64,000 bases of DNA, taken from assembly GCF_036588685.1 (NCBI RefSeq), contig NW_026963315.1, forward strand, positions 3,658,001-3,722,000. Reading direction: 5' to 3'. The position numbers were made by a program, and so were the translations under genes. The DNA comes from Mytilus trossulus. Taxonomy: Eukaryota. The notes under the pieces were generated by a model, which saw only the letters and a list, made by a program, of their open reading frames with translations, ran no database searches and was not told where the DNA came from. Shown here piece by piece: positions 12,605-25,504 of this stretch. Numbering within the stretch: the first letter of the stretch is position 1; every line of letters starts with the position of its first letter.

Positions 12605-12685
12605 GTAAAATCAATCATCAAATATAGTGTGGATTTAATCTGTGCAGTTACACAACAGCTTAAAGTCCGAGGATTTAACAATCAG
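12605..12685 (+). other. Conserved 81-nt non-coding element (probable 5'UTR exon) of TRIM-like gene 1
   Basis: cacag|GTAAAATC...ACAATCAG|gtaag; a homologue precedes every full paralog. Confidence 0.6.
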
Positions 12686-13059
12686 GTAAGAAAGGGGAAA
12701 ATAATGGTACTTAATTTGAAAATATGTTATATTTGTGTGTTTTTAAATGGTTTGCATCAAGTCAAATTTTCCATACCTACCATCCAACAAAAAGGAAACT
12801 ACTCACACACTAAACAAATACACATATTTGGAAGGCATTCAAAATAACACCGACGCATTAGAGCTTGTTCAAGCAAATGTAATGTTAGTAAATAAAAAAA
12901 CAGTCATCAATCTCTGTTTAATTGTCATAAATCGATTTTACGAAAACAAATACGGGTCACACATCAATTTGATAGATATGAGAAGATGTGGCATGAGTGC
13001 CAAAGGGACAATTCTATATCCAATTCATAATTTGTAAAAGTAAACCATTATAGGTCACA

Positions 13060-13541
13060 TGATGAATGTCAGTTAACTGCTAGTAGTCTGTTGTTATTTA
13101 TGTATTATTGTCATTTTGTTTATTTTCTATGGTTACATCTTCTGACATCAGACTCGGACTTCTCTTGAACTGAATTTTAATGTGCGTATTGTTATGCGTT
13201 TACTTTTCTACATTGGCTAGAGGTATAGGGGGAGGGTTGAGATCTCATAAACATATTTAACCACGCCGCATTTTTGCGCCTGTCCCAAGTCAGGAGCCTC
13301 TGGCCTTTGTTAGTCTTGTATTATTTTAATTTTAGTTTCTTATGTCCAATTTGGAAATTAGTATACGTTCATTATCACTGAACTAGTATATATTTGTTTA
13401 GGGGCCAGCTGAAGAACGCCTCCGGGTGTGGGAATTTCTCGCTACATTGAAGACCTGTTGGTGACCTTCTGCTGTTGTTTTTTTCTATGGTCGGGTTGTT
13501 GTCTCTTTGGCACATTCCCCATTTCCATTCTCAATTTTATT
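13060..13541 (-). repeat. Dispersed repeat family B (aataaaattgagaatggaaatggggaatgtg... on the - strand)
   Basis: Other copies at 26141-26273 (-) and 56522-56860 (+). It is absent from the paralogous site at ~26983, so it inserted after the gene 1/gene 3 duplication. Confidence 0.82.
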
Positions 13542-14951
13542 AAAAGGAAAACACTTATTTAGTACACACGTACGAGTATGCTTATCATGACATTGTTAGG
13601 ATTAGACTTGTGTATTTTTACTTTATTTATTTATATGTGTATGTTGTTGATTTATACGTGTAAATTGATAAAATATATAATTTAATTTATCCGGTGACTT
13701 ATACATGTAGTAATAAATTTAATTTGATTATTTGATCTTTGATATGGTATGCATTTTACAACAATATTTGTATGTCGCTGCTGGCCCTTTCCTTGTTCAT
13801 TCGTCTATGTAATTCTCTTTTTGTACTATGATAATTGGTTTATTAGTCTAAAGCTGTTACACTTACCTTATTGTTACAGCTTTCACAAACAAGGTACCCT
13901 GGTTTATTAATATATGTAAGAAAAAGGTGTCTGAAAGTTTTACTTTATAATTGTTAGTTAATTTATGTAGTTCTATAACAAGTAGAAAACAAGGTAAATA
14001 GGGTCAGCATGAAACATATTTGATTTTCTTGTGAAATACTATATAGATAGAAACAAGAACACGTCGAATAAGTAATACTAGTACATGTTATGTGCAGATT
14101 AAATCATAATTGTATATGTATTACTTTCCACTTCTTGCAGTATCTGCTTCAAAACGTTGACGAAAAAGCCGAATTTATATTTCTGTTTATAAAACAATAT
14201 GAATTTTACAGTGAGAAATCAAAGAATATTATAAAATAAAATAGGAACTGAGAATGTTCACTCAAAGAACCACTACTGTACAAAATGTGTAGGTGGATAA
14301 AAATTGAACATATATTCAAAATAATAATAAAAAACAAGTATTTAGGTGCCGAATTTCTATTTATGTAAAAAAGTAAAGTTAGGTAATCTAGTATATATGT
14401 CGTGATGACGTAATGAAAACACCTCCGTGCGTTTTATTGAAATATACATAGATTTTGCAAAACGGTTTTCACATGCAATATAAGTTGGCATGGGAAATTA
14501 ATCTTAAAGATTTCACTTGATCTTTTTCTGTGAGAGCAAACCTTCACAATTTTCAAGAGGCATTTGTTATTCCTTATATACAAGTTTAAGATTGTGTTCA
14601 AATGTAGACATTCGTTAATTTATCGATTTAAAATATCATAACCACAAAAAAAGTTGCGGTAATTGCATCAACCCAAAGTGGTGAGTCTCAAACGTTGCAA
14701 TGTAAATAAGAATCCGAAATTTGTGCGATTTTTGTACTAGTACTAGATTTTTGGACACATAGTTGGCTCAAATAAAACTTTTTTTTATTACAGATCAGCC
14801 ACTTCAATTTTATTCAAGGAACCAAAACATAAATTAGTGCTCTTAAATTCATATTTGAATCTATTCATTTTTCTTCTTAAGGTTGAACAAGAGGATTGCT
14901 GACGACAAAAAGACTTTTTTACATCATAAAAGCAATCTAGCTATTATAGAT

Positions 14952-16691
14952 ATGGCCGCAAACGAAAGTCCACAATTCTGTGACGTTTGTCTAAACAGAG
15001 ACCTCAATAAAACAGCGGAGGAATACTGTCAACAGTGTGAAGAGGTTCTATGTCGGGAATGTGGAGACCATCACAAAATATCGAGATCGTCAAAATCGCA
15101 TAAGACAATCACGGTAGAAAAATATAACAGATTACCATCCTTCATCAAGAAAATAAAACATAACTGTGAGGAACATGACTTCGTCCTTGAATTCTTTTGC
15201 AAATCTCATGACTCTCTTTGTTGCAAAATATGTTCGATAACAGCTCACAAAGCATGCAAGGAAATAATGTTTATAGAAGATATTCTTACGCCTTCAAAAG
15301 GACACCCATCAGTAGCTTTGGATAACATTGAAAAAGTTCTGAAAAATCTGGAAAGTAACATTTCTTCTGCTATAAAAGACAGAAACCGAAATTTGACCGA
15401 TTTACGAGAACAGAAGCGGGTGATCACAGAACAAATTAAAGAAAAGCGTCAAGAAATTAATAAACTGTTAGACAATTTTGAAAAGGCATTACTAGAAAAG
15501 GCATCTGCACTTGAGACAGAATACTGTCAAAAGACAGAGGAAGTAATTGCAAAATTGATAGAGGGAAAACAGAAAGTAGATGAAATTAAAAACGATGTCG
15601 AATCTGTAAAATCGTTTGCATCAAATTTACAAATCTTTATTGGATCAAAGTCATTCGAGGAAAGTGTCTCAACTAATGAACTCAACGTTCAAAAATTGTA
15701 TGATGATGGCAGCTTAAACAATGTGACAATGGAATGTACATTCAATGAAAAGCTAGAGCAGTTTATAAAAGAGATAAATGCATTCGGTGATATGAGGGTG
15801 GACAATAGTGAGAAGCATGTTTCTTTTCCATGGAAAAGTTATACATCAGCACAAATCTTTAAACCAATCTCGGGAGCAAAATCGGTTGAAAATATAAGTG
15901 TCAAAATTTTGCGTAAGATTAACATTGGTCGTAATGGGATTACTGGATGCGCCATGTCAGAATCTGGAAACATGTTATTCCTTGTTGCACACAAAAACAG
16001 TCTGATGAAATATTCATCTAATGGTGAATTTCAGTCCGAGTTGCATATCAACACTGCGCCGTCCAACATTGGATATGACCTTGCAGTGGTCGATTCCAAT
16101 ACGATAGCTGTTTCAACTGGTGGAAATAGTCCAAACCAAATTTATTTGATCGATATGAATAATGCAGAAATACGTCAAAATGTTGATTTAGAGACCTTCT
16201 GTTACGGTTTATGCTATCACAATGGATCACTTATATGCTGCACTTATGACAAAGGCATACAAATATTTGAAAATCAGAAAAATTTTACTAGAATGCTGGT
16301 ACTACCTACTGCAACTAAATCATTCGGCTATACCTACATTACCTCAAATGGAAATTCAATTTTTCATTCAAACTGTCGTAATAATTCTGTCGTATGTTAT
16401 GATTACAATGGACAAGTAAAATGGACATATTGCGATTCGTTGCTCAGAAAACCATACGGTATTACCGTAGATTCCTATTCCAACATTTATGTTGCTGGTT
16501 TTGAATCAAACAATATCGTAGTGATTTCGTCAGACGGAAAGCAGGCCAAAGAACTAATTGGAGCTAGTGACGGACTTTCAAAACCTCATGCCGTATTTGT
16601 CCATAAAACCAAAAACGTAATTCTTTGTGCTAATCATGATGGAGTTGCCTTTCTGTTTGACGTTTCATGCAGTAAACATTCTGCTGATTGA
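14952..16691 (+). CDS. RING-less TRIM-like protein 1 (B-box1, B-box2, coiled coil, NHL-like beta-propeller)
   Basis: CDVC..YCQQC...LCREC..HH..H; CEEH...FFCKSHDSLCCKIC...H; charged heptad region; propeller blades (KPYGITVDSYSNIYVAG). ATG 14952 is preferred to the ORF-track TTG because it aligns with the paralog starts; splice acceptor at 14881. Confidence 0.92.
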   Translation: MAANESPQFCDVCLNRDLNKTAEEYCQQCEEVLCRECGDHHKISRSSKSHKTITVEKYNRLPSFIKKIKHNCEEHDFVLEFFCKSHDSLCCKICSITAHKACKEIMFIEDILTPSKGHPSVALDNIEKVLKNLESNISSAIKDRNRNLTDLREQKRVITEQIKEKRQEINKLLDNFEKALLEKASALETEYCQKTEEVIAKLIEGKQKVDEIKNDVESVKSFASNLQIFIGSKSFEESVSTNELNVQKLYDDGSLNNVTMECTFNEKLEQFIKEINAFGDMRVDNSEKHVSFPWKSYTSAQIFKPISGAKSVENISVKILRKINIGRNGITGCAMSESGNMLFLVAHKNSLMKYSSNGEFQSELHINTAPSNIGYDLAVVDSNTIAVSTGGNSPNQIYLIDMNNAEIRQNVDLETFCYGLCYHNGSLICCTYDKGIQIFENQKNFTRMLVLPTATKSFGYTYITSNGNSIFHSNCRNNSVVCYDYNGQVKWTYCDSLLRKPYGITVDSYSNIYVAGFESNNIVVISSDGKQAKELIGASDGLSKPHAVFVHKTKNVILCANHDGVAFLFDVSCSKHSAD

Positions 16692-17433
16692 AAACTACCT
16701 TTCATATAAAGCATATGTCTAATGCTTTATATCAAGTGAATAAACGAAACCTGAAGTGGAAGTAAATGGAAATAGCTGTCGTCAATTGGAACAGTACACT
16801 TTTCTTTCATGAATTTCATCATCAATGACTAAAATCAAGTTGTGTATTAAAACCTTTTCTCTATTGTAAGCCAAACGATATTGTGTTCGGAAACATCTGC
16901 TAATAATTGTCTGGTTTGTATTGGGTTAGCCTAAACAAAGATGTTTTACAATACTTTCATACATTTATTACAGAACCCAAATCATCCAGACGCACTTAAA
17001 ACGTATGTTTGTTCCAGCTAGCAGATGTTCCCCTAGAAACATATGCTATAACATTTGTTTCTGTTGGAACAAATATTCAATAACATTTATTCCGTTAGAA
17101 AAATATACTGTAAAATTAATTCCAGTGGACATGTTATTCCAGTATACTTTTTCTATTGGGAACAAATATTATGATGTAACTTATACTTCGTGACACCATT
17201 AGTAAACATGAATCTGAATTATATAATTACAAAATGTACAATAGATTTCAAATATTAACTTTATATGAAAGTGACACCTAACATCCACGTATTCCAACAT
17301 CAATCCGAATTCTGATAGCTAACAATCTTATTCGGAAGACTCCGTATTCATATATTTGTACTTTATTGTAATTATATTAAAACATATTGATCACACGATG
17401 CTAGTATTACTAGACTTGCAATTGCTTTAAATC

Positions 17434-17543
17434 AATCCGACATTAATAAAATGTTTCGGCGGTTTTTGTATTATATGCTAATGATAAATGTATACTATTT
17501 ATGAAAGGGTTGAAGCATTGTAGGCCCACCATCATCAGGGATT
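17434..17543 (-). ncRNA. Type I hammerhead ribozyme with enlarged loop 2
   Basis: Minus strand reads aatcc CTGATGA t ggtgg (63-nt loop) ccgcc GAA acatt ttatt aatgt C ggatt. All three stems pair; the GUC cleavage site is at 17439. Confidence 0.8.
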
Positions 17544-17556
17544 TACCTATACCATT

Positions 17557-17905
17557 TTATTTCAATGTTGTCGTTGTCAATAGATACGCAATATTTGTAT
17601 GCTTTTTATAAGCTATTATTGATTTGCTTGAAAATATTCCGTTGTAAACTGCATCCTGTTTTAGTAGATCACAATGATTACTAATGCATTGTTTTAATTT
17701 ATGAATGCATGGATTAAATTTAGTTGCCAATACTAAAGGAATTTCCTTTGTGTTTTGTTTGGCCTTTTTTCTTATTGAATCAGATATATTACATGATAAT
17801 GCCTCAGTGATTTTCGATTTCAATCTCCTTGTATCCTCTCTTTATTAAGTTCAATCTCAACTGTTACAAAATATTTTGTAAATCAACATCATTATTTGTT
17901 CGACT
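17557..17905 (-). mobile_element. Penelope-like retroelement remnant (RT thumb/linker C-terminus)
   Basis: LIKRGY...IPLVLATKFNP...HCDLL...IF...IIAYKKHTNI matches the PLE post-RT pattern. The hammerhead follows the stop by ~14 nt. Confidence 0.72.
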
Positions 17906-18561
17906 TATTCTACCACTCGAACATCTTCTTACATTCTATGTATTTAATTAATGTTGAATACCAAAGACTTATCTTTCTAAAAAAGTATAGTTTGTATTTG
18001 TGTCATATTAAGTTTAAGTAAAATAAGGGACCAAACGTTGTGTACTGGGGTACTACTGTCCTGATATATATATTAAGGAGACAAACTGTTTACATGTCAA
18101 TTATGTGTAGTTTATATTTGTATCTGTTTACTCAAAAGAGATTGGGGCAATTGATTCTACATAAACAAAAGCAACAGTAGTTTACCCCCTGTTCAAAAGT
18201 CATAAATCGATTGAGAGAAAATAAAGTCGAGTTACAAAATGAAATATACATATTACAGTCTTTGTAATATATTCGTTAAAATTCGTGAGGAGGGTTTGAA
18301 GTACATGAGAGACCGTGATCATACAACATGTCTTATTTTCACGTAAAACTATCGTCTTGGGTAAAATTTCAGCCCAGGATAAACGTCGATTAAAGAAAAA
18401 AAATCAAAATCTATCCTTCATTTATCGGTCACACAAAAAGGTACTTAAATGAGCGTTAATTACGTAATCAATAGAGAGAAGGTTATACAGATATTTCTGA
18501 TATCTATATGTGTCTTGCTTTATCTGATATTTAACACACTTGTGTACGTGTATTCTTACAG

Positions 18562-18642
18562 GTAAAATCAATCAGTATAGATAGAAAAGTTTAAATGTAT
18601 GAAGATACACAACAACTACAATTGGTATGATGTTACAATCAG
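18562..18642 (+). other. Conserved 81-nt non-coding element (probable 5'UTR exon) of gene 2
   Basis: ttcttacag|GTAAAATC...ACAATCAG|gtagg. Confidence 0.6.
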
Positions 18643-20608
18643 GTAGGAACAAGTAAAATTCTAAATTCTGAATTTCATAAGGCGTCATATCTGTTTTTCA
18701 ATTGATCGCCCTTAAAATTAACTTTTTGAAATCTTCAATCCAGCAACAACAAAAGTACACGCAAAACCACAGCTGTAGACCAAACAGTACACAAAGTATG
18801 GCGGCCAATATATAAAAACGATAAACAAAGAAAACTTATAAACAACACAAACAAACGACAAAATTCACATCAATTAATTATAAGAATGATTTTGAATGGA
18901 ACTAAAAGATATCAACACGTAAGTGTATGATGTCCTTGGTCGGATAACAAATCGAACATGATACTGCAAGTCAAACTACACATGGTCTGTTTTTATAGAA
19001 ATAACCGCGGAAACAATTTATCTGGTAATAAGATTATATATGCGTTTCAATTTAGGATATACGTGTGCCTTTCCGCTTACATTAGTGTTCGTGTAAAGGG
19101 GTTTGCTCTTTTCAACCCTATATCTCAAGAGCTGCCTATATTTCCCTGGCACCTGAGTATATACTATTCCTATACAGTTTGACAATAAAAAAAAGTGGGC
19201 GAGTATATAAACTACTGCCAATGTACTTGGTGATTAAGAAAAAAAGCATGTACTAACAAACATATTTAAAAGGTGTCTTTATTACACTCTGAGTCTGTAT
19301 AAAAATCTGATTCTAGTTCAAATGCAAGTGTAGAATCAAATATAAGTTTAATAAAAGACGTTTGATTATCTTTTTATTTTACTTCTTTCATTTGAACTAT
19401 TTCAAAAGTACCTGCTTTTGTATTTGAAATGTCATCGTCATTAAAAAAAAAACCTTGACATTGGTTGTCATGTCATGTTTACGGATTCAAATATGAAAAA
19501 ACATATCACCCGAATAGTTTCAGATTTTCCTTTTTACAAACTTGAAACACAACAACTGCTGATAGCTATATAGATAATCATCATTCAGAATACAATGCTT
19601 GTAAATGAAAAGGCAAAACTCAATACTATCATTTTGTTTTTGGCATCTTAGTAAAATTCTCTCAGACCATTAATTCAAATTTCTCCCTTTATTATTCATG
19701 AGTTTGTGTACTCCCAAAGTAAACATAGGTAATGAGTAATAAAGTATTCACAATAAGACAACGTCATGGAAAACGGCTATGCGTTTCGATAGATATATTT
19801 AGTTTTATTCATTTTATTCATTTAATTTTTAACCTGCAATAGACTTTACATTTAACATCAAAAATCAAAGAATTTCAAAGAGTGTTTGCAATTGTCTCAG
19901 CTTCTCACTTCTCAATTAGTGTTCAATATTACCCTATCACAATCAGCTGTCAAATTTGAGTCAACATCAGTTTACAGGTCTTCATCATGTTAAGACCGTA
20001 TCAATTCATTTAAAAAAATGCAAATCAAGGTGAAAGGAAAATTTCATAAAAGGAGCAAGACCGGGCTTGTTATTGAGTAAAAAGTTCCTGTTATGCATGA
20101 ATGACCTGTCATGCGAAACCAAACTATTCTATTTCGCTCAATTTTGAACTTTGATGCTACTTTTATTTGAATTTTTAATGTTTAAACCGCGTTAAAGTTA
20201 AAAACATGCACTTCTCAGTTTGATTTACTCTTAGCTAGGGTAATTGATCTTCTCAAAACCTCAATTCATGGTTTGGACTTTTAGTCGGTTTTTCACCAAT
20301 TCATTTCGCTTAAAAATAAGTTTGAAGGAGTGTGGGACTTGTTTTGGCATTTCAGATAGAAATGAGGTTTTCAGTTCGCGTTATTTTACCACGAAACATA
20401 TATTGTAGCTTTTTACATGTTTTAGCTTTAATTTTGGTTAATTCGAGAAAAGGGCCTTCTCCAAATATCAGCGTCATAATTTTTTTATTGAAACGGGTTG
20501 CATTTTTCTATTCTTTTTTGGCATGCATTGAAATATGGTATCGACATAATGGATGTACTGAGTTTTTTTTGTGATGAAATTTAATCACTGATAGCAAATC
20601 ATCATTCA

Positions 20609-20790
20609 AAAAGTAAAATCACAACAATATTAAACTCTGAGGAAAATTCAAAACAAAAAATTCCTAATCAAATGGCAAAACCATCAATCAAAGGGATAAC
20701 AACTTTCACATTTCTGACTTGGTACAGTAATTTTCTTATGTAGAGAATGGTTGATTAAACCTAGTTTTATAGCTAGCTTAACCTCTATAT
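20609..20790 (+). repeat. Dispersed repeat family C (aaaagtaaaatcacaa...gaggaaaattcaaaac...ctgacttggtacag)
   Basis: Homologous copies at ~44720-44990 and 45670-45900; fragments at ~50745-50810 and 63512-63555. Confidence 0.75.
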
Positions 20791-21352
20791 CCTTTTTTTT
20801 TCACGTAAAATCTACTTAAAATTACTAAAAAGTTAATTGTTTTTTTTTTTCAATTTTCAAAATGAAACTATTCAAACATATCTCAATTTTGAAGTTCAAT
20901 TCAAAATATTATTGAAAATACCAATATTTTTTTTGTTAACTTCACGTGAAATTAGCATCCATGACTTCCGTGTAAGCTCATTTTAGGTATACTTCGCGTA
21001 AAATATTTCAACTCAATTTTACGTGAGAGGTATTTGAAATTCAAAAGATGAAAATTTACCCTTGTAGGACCCATAATTTTGTCTTGTTAAAATATTGTCA
21101 TGGATTGACAGAAACCTAGTAGAATAACACCATAACTATGTTTTGTCATTATAACGATGTATTTACTGTTCATAGAGTACAGACCATTCAAACTTCATTT
21201 TATCGACATCGAACAGATATTTTTTCTCTTCCATCAGCATAGATTTTTACAATTACATTTTTTCTGTAGGTCATTAGGTTGTTTACCGATGAAGAAATGT
21301 CCAAATCATAAGAAATTTTGTCTAACATCAACTAAGACAAGCTATAATTGAA

Positions 21353-23077
21353 ATGGCAAACAACGAAAGTGCATCATTCTGCGTCATTTGCCAAAGCAGG
21401 GACCTTAATAAATTAGCGGAAGAATACTGCCCACAATGTGAAGAGGTTCTTTGTGGAGATTGTCAACATCACCATAAGACATCGAAGTCGACAAAATCAC
21501 ATCAAACCATCCCTATAGAGAATTATAAAAAATTACCATCCTTTATCAATCAAATTACCCATAATTGTAAGGAGCATGATTGCTTTCTTGAATTTTATTG
21601 TAAATCTCATGAATCTTTTTGTTGTAAAGTTTGTTTGATATCAGGCCACAAGGAATGCAAGGAAACTATTTTCATTGAAGATTTTCTTAAGCCATTACCT
21701 GGGCACCAGTCAGCAGCTTTAGATAATATTGAAAAAGTTCTGCAAGATTTGCAAAGTAACATCTGTTCCGCTATAAAGGACAGAAATCGAAATTTGACTG
21801 AATTACGCGAACAGAAGCGGGTAATTGAAGAACAAATTAAAGAAAAGCGTAAAGAAATCAATAACCTTTTAGACAATTTAGAAGAAGAATTATTACAAAA
21901 GGTATCTATACATGAAAAGACAAACTGTCGGGAAATAGAAGAAATAATTACGAAATTAGAGGACGAAAAAGAAAAAGTAGACGAAATTCAAAAAGAGGTT
22001 GAATCCGTCAAAATGTTTGCTTCTAATCTGCAAATCTTCATGGGAACAAAGACATTCCAAGAAAGTATTTCAACCAATGAAATCAACGTCCAACAAGTCT
22101 ATGACAACGGGAGCTTAAACAACGTCACAATGAAATGCACCTTTAGTGAAAAGCTAGAGGGGTTTATAAAACACATAAAAACATTTGGTGATGTAGAAAT
22201 TGATAATAGTGAAAAACATATTTCTTTTTCATGGAAAGGTGACAAATCAGCACAAAATTCCAAACCGATGTCTGTGGCAAAATCGATTGAAAATATATAC
22301 GTCCGGTTAGGAAGCAAGATTGATATAAATCATGACGGTATATCTGGATGTGCCATATCAGAAGCTGGAAACATGCTATTTCTACAAGCACATTGCAACA
22401 GAATGATGAAGTATGCGCCTAATGGTGAATTCATTTCAGAATCACGTATTAACCCGGAGGCAAACGGCATTGGGTATGACCTTGCAGTAATTAATTCTAA
22501 TACGGTAGCTGTATCAAGTGGTGGAAACTCCCCTCAACAGATTTACTTGATTGATATGAATAGTACAAAAATAAGTAAAGTTTTTCAACTTGGCGACTGG
22601 TGTTGCGGTTTAAGCTACAACAACAATTCATTTATTTGTTGCACGCATAGGAATGGCATAAAAATATTTGAAAGGTCGCACGATAATTTGACTAATGTCC
22701 GGATACTGCCTAATGCACCTGGAATTGCGGATTATACCTATGTTACCTCTAATGAAAATCGTATTTTTCATACCAATTGGCGTGATGATTCTGTCGTATG
22801 CTACGATTTTAGTGGGCAGGTGCAATGGAAATATTGCGATTCTACGTTACTAAGGAAACCGTACGGCATCACATTAGATTCTAATTCGAATATTTATGTT
22901 GCTTGTTCTAACTCGAACAATGTAGTCGTGATATCTCCAGATGGAAAACAGGCGAAAGAGCTAATTGGAGCAAGTGCCGGAATTACAAGTCCTCGAGCCA
23001 TTTTCTTTCATAAAACCAAACACGTACTTCTTGTTTCAAACTATAACAGAGCTGCTTTCATGTATGACGTTATATAA
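21353..23077 (+). CDS. RING-less TRIM-like protein 2 (B-box1, B-box2, coiled coil, beta-propeller)
   Basis: Intact 574-aa ORF colinear with gene 1; acceptor tttctgtag at 21269. Confidence 0.93.
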   Translation: MANNESASFCVICQSRDLNKLAEEYCPQCEEVLCGDCQHHHKTSKSTKSHQTIPIENYKKLPSFINQITHNCKEHDCFLEFYCKSHESFCCKVCLISGHKECKETIFIEDFLKPLPGHQSAALDNIEKVLQDLQSNICSAIKDRNRNLTELREQKRVIEEQIKEKRKEINNLLDNLEEELLQKVSIHEKTNCREIEEIITKLEDEKEKVDEIQKEVESVKMFASNLQIFMGTKTFQESISTNEINVQQVYDNGSLNNVTMKCTFSEKLEGFIKHIKTFGDVEIDNSEKHISFSWKGDKSAQNSKPMSVAKSIENIYVRLGSKIDINHDGISGCAISEAGNMLFLQAHCNRMMKYAPNGEFISESRINPEANGIGYDLAVINSNTVAVSSGGNSPQQIYLIDMNSTKISKVFQLGDWCCGLSYNNNSFICCTHRNGIKIFERSHDNLTNVRILPNAPGIADYTYVTSNENRIFHTNWRDDSVVCYDFSGQVQWKYCDSTLLRKPYGITLDSNSNIYVACSNSNNVVVISPDGKQAKELIGASAGITSPRAIFFHKTKHVLLVSNYNRAAFMYDVI

Positions 23078-24044
23078 AACTTCTAACTACAATAAATCTT
23101 TTACTGCTAGAATCACATGTTACTTATTTAGAAAAACGACCAGATTACTAACATCTGCATTTGTGTAATTAATGCAATTGTGTCTTAAAAGACAAATACA
23201 GCGCCAGTTTTCATAAACAGTCCTTTCATGGTGTAAAATTCTGACAAACACAATGCTCGAATGAATGATTTAATGAACTCTTAGTTTAAAGGTGTTTTTT
23301 GTAAACCGACTTTCCATATCAAGGAAAATTATGATAGGAAATGAAAGGTCTTGAATATCATGTCACATGAGATAACTATATATACTCAATTTCCCAGTCA
23401 CTACTGATATATTGCTACATAGAAATGAAATGTTCATAATTAAACTGCGGAAAGAATCTGAGTGTTTCTAAACCTTTTCTCACCATCCAATTCTATTTCG
23501 AGATGTAAGTCAAGATATTGGCCAGAATTTTCTGGGTTTATTGTATCCTTTATGTTATGTTCAATAACACAGATGCGTCCAATATAGTTCAAAAACGTTC
23601 AATTATTTAGTTGGAAGACAGCATCTAACTAACGGGAATGTGTGAAGTTATAGGATAATGCTAGTTTCTTTTTATTTTTTTTATTCTTCATTACAAACTT
23701 CTCGAGTCAGCCTGATAAAACTGTTCGTTTTCATGGGAATGCCATTTGCTTGTTGAAAAATTAACGTGTTCTCAACATAGAAAATTTGTTTTTAATCATG
23801 GCATCAAACATCTTGATAATTTTACTTAATTAGTAATATTTGGTTTAAATCTTAATAAATTTTAAACGATCAATAAAACAAAATACCCAGGAATGATATG
23901 TGGTGACTAGTGATCATAAACAAATAAATTCGTAAAAATGTTGATGTACAAAGAATCAAACTTCCAAATAACCTGGAATATTTTTAAGATCAATATATAA
24001 TTGAGGTAGATGGCCCGATCAAGTCGTCTAAACTAAACTTAAAA

Positions 24045-24260
24045 GGTCAAGACTGGTCGAGAAAGGTCGAGACAGAGTCAAGACAGGTCGAGACAGAGTC
24101 AAGACAGGTCGAGACTGAGTCAAGACAGGTCGATATTTAGTCAAGACAAGTTGATCATTTATCAAGACTGTTTCAGACTATACCAACATTATCAAATACT
24201 GAATCAGACTTATTAAGTAAAGTCGAGATTAAAGTCGAGTATAGTTAAGTACAGTTAAGT
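24045..24260. repeat. Short-period minisatellite built from GTC(A/G)AGAC units (10-11 bp, 21-bp dimer)
   Basis: ggtcgagacagagtcaagaca repeated three times, then decaying. Confidence 0.7.
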
Positions 24261-24261
24261 A

Positions 24262-24652
24262 CAATCTAATTAAAAACCGATCTCTCATCGCTCCCGTTTT
24301 CTGATATGTCGCGTGGGAGATCTAACGAAACCGCTTTGAGGTCACATGTGAGTGACCTCGCAGGTGTGTCTTTTTCGACCGATGCAAATGAGTCTTCGAC
24401 GATCTTGAAAGTTTATCGTGAGTTAAACATGTTACAGTGATGTAACTCATTTTATTTACGAAGAAATCGTCAGTTCAAAGAATTTATAAACTTTTTTGGT
24501 GGCTGATTGATAGGTCGTCAAGTCATTTACATATCATTATAAATTCATAACTTCTCGTTCACTCATATGTGACCTCAAAGCAGTTTCGTTAGATCTCCTA
24601 CGCGACATATCAGAAAACGGGAGCGATGAGAGATTGTTTTTTAATTAGATTG
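24262..24652. mobile_element. Mutator-like MITE with ~90-bp TIRs and 9-bp TSD AGTTAAGTA
   Basis: CAATCTAATTAAAAA...GTGAGTGA mirrored by TCACTCAT...TTAATTAGATTG; agttaagta at both 24253-24261 and 24653-24661. Confidence 0.85.
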
Positions 24653-24799
24653 AGTTAAGTACTGTCGAGGTTATGTTGAGTCTTAATAGGTAAAATATGT
24701 GCTCGACTCTACAGGTTGAGCACAAAATATGGTCTTTTCAGACTCTAAGCTGTTTGTAGTGCCGTGCATTAACAAAAAGACATAAACTTCTGTAATTTC

Positions 24800-25504
24800 A
24801 ATAAAGAGCTGCGCTATAAGCACAAAATACGCCCGTTGCCCTGTAAGCTTGTCTTTATGCTTTAATGGATTTGTTTTTTTGTATATTAATTAGGCTTTTA
24901 GTTTTCTCATTTGAATTGTTTTACTTTTGTAATTTCATGGTCTTTTATAGCTCACTGTGCGATATGGGCTTAGCTCATTGTTGAAGGCAATACGATGACC
25001 TTAAGTTGTTAATTTTCTTTAAATGTTTGAAAGGTAGCTTAAGTCAACAGATACAAACAATTTACCAAAATTTCATAAAATTTTATGAAAATGTTTATGA
25101 GTGATTTTCCGAAAACTGGAAAATCCCCCTTTTTTAAGCATAAAAATTCATAACACGGAAACGTAAAATCTGAAATTTATCAAAAATTTAAAGGAAATAT
25201 ACGTCAATAGATATAAACAATTCACCAAAGTTTCATTAAAGTTGATGGAAGCATTTTTGAGTTATTGTACGAAAAATGGAAAATCTCCCTTTTTTTAAGG
25301 ATCGAACTTCATAATATGGAAACAAAAATCTGAAATCTATAAAAAAAAAAACGAAAGGGAGCTTACGTCAATAGATATAAACAATGCAACAAAGTTTCAT
25401 CAAAGTTGGTTGAAGCGTTTTTTAGTATTTGTCCGAAGTGGGGACGACGCACGGACAGACAACAGTAAACCATAATACGTCCCGTCTTAGACGGGCATTG
25501 AAAA
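24800..25504 (-). mobile_element. Helentron-associated non-autonomous element (HINE/DINE-1-like) with three ~165-bp internal tandem units
   Basis: Hairpin cccgtcttagacggg next to a ggac/agac microsatellite at one end; subTIR acgcccgt plus a stem-loop at the other; gtcaa(t/c)agata(t/c)aaacaa recurs at ~25043, 25203 and 25367. Confidence 0.65.

Noticed and set aside
14883-14951. TTG-initiated N-terminal extensions of genes 1 and 3 in the ORF track
   Set aside because: The locus is eukaryotic, the paralogs align at the downstream ATG, and the region follows a splice acceptor and reads as 5'UTR.
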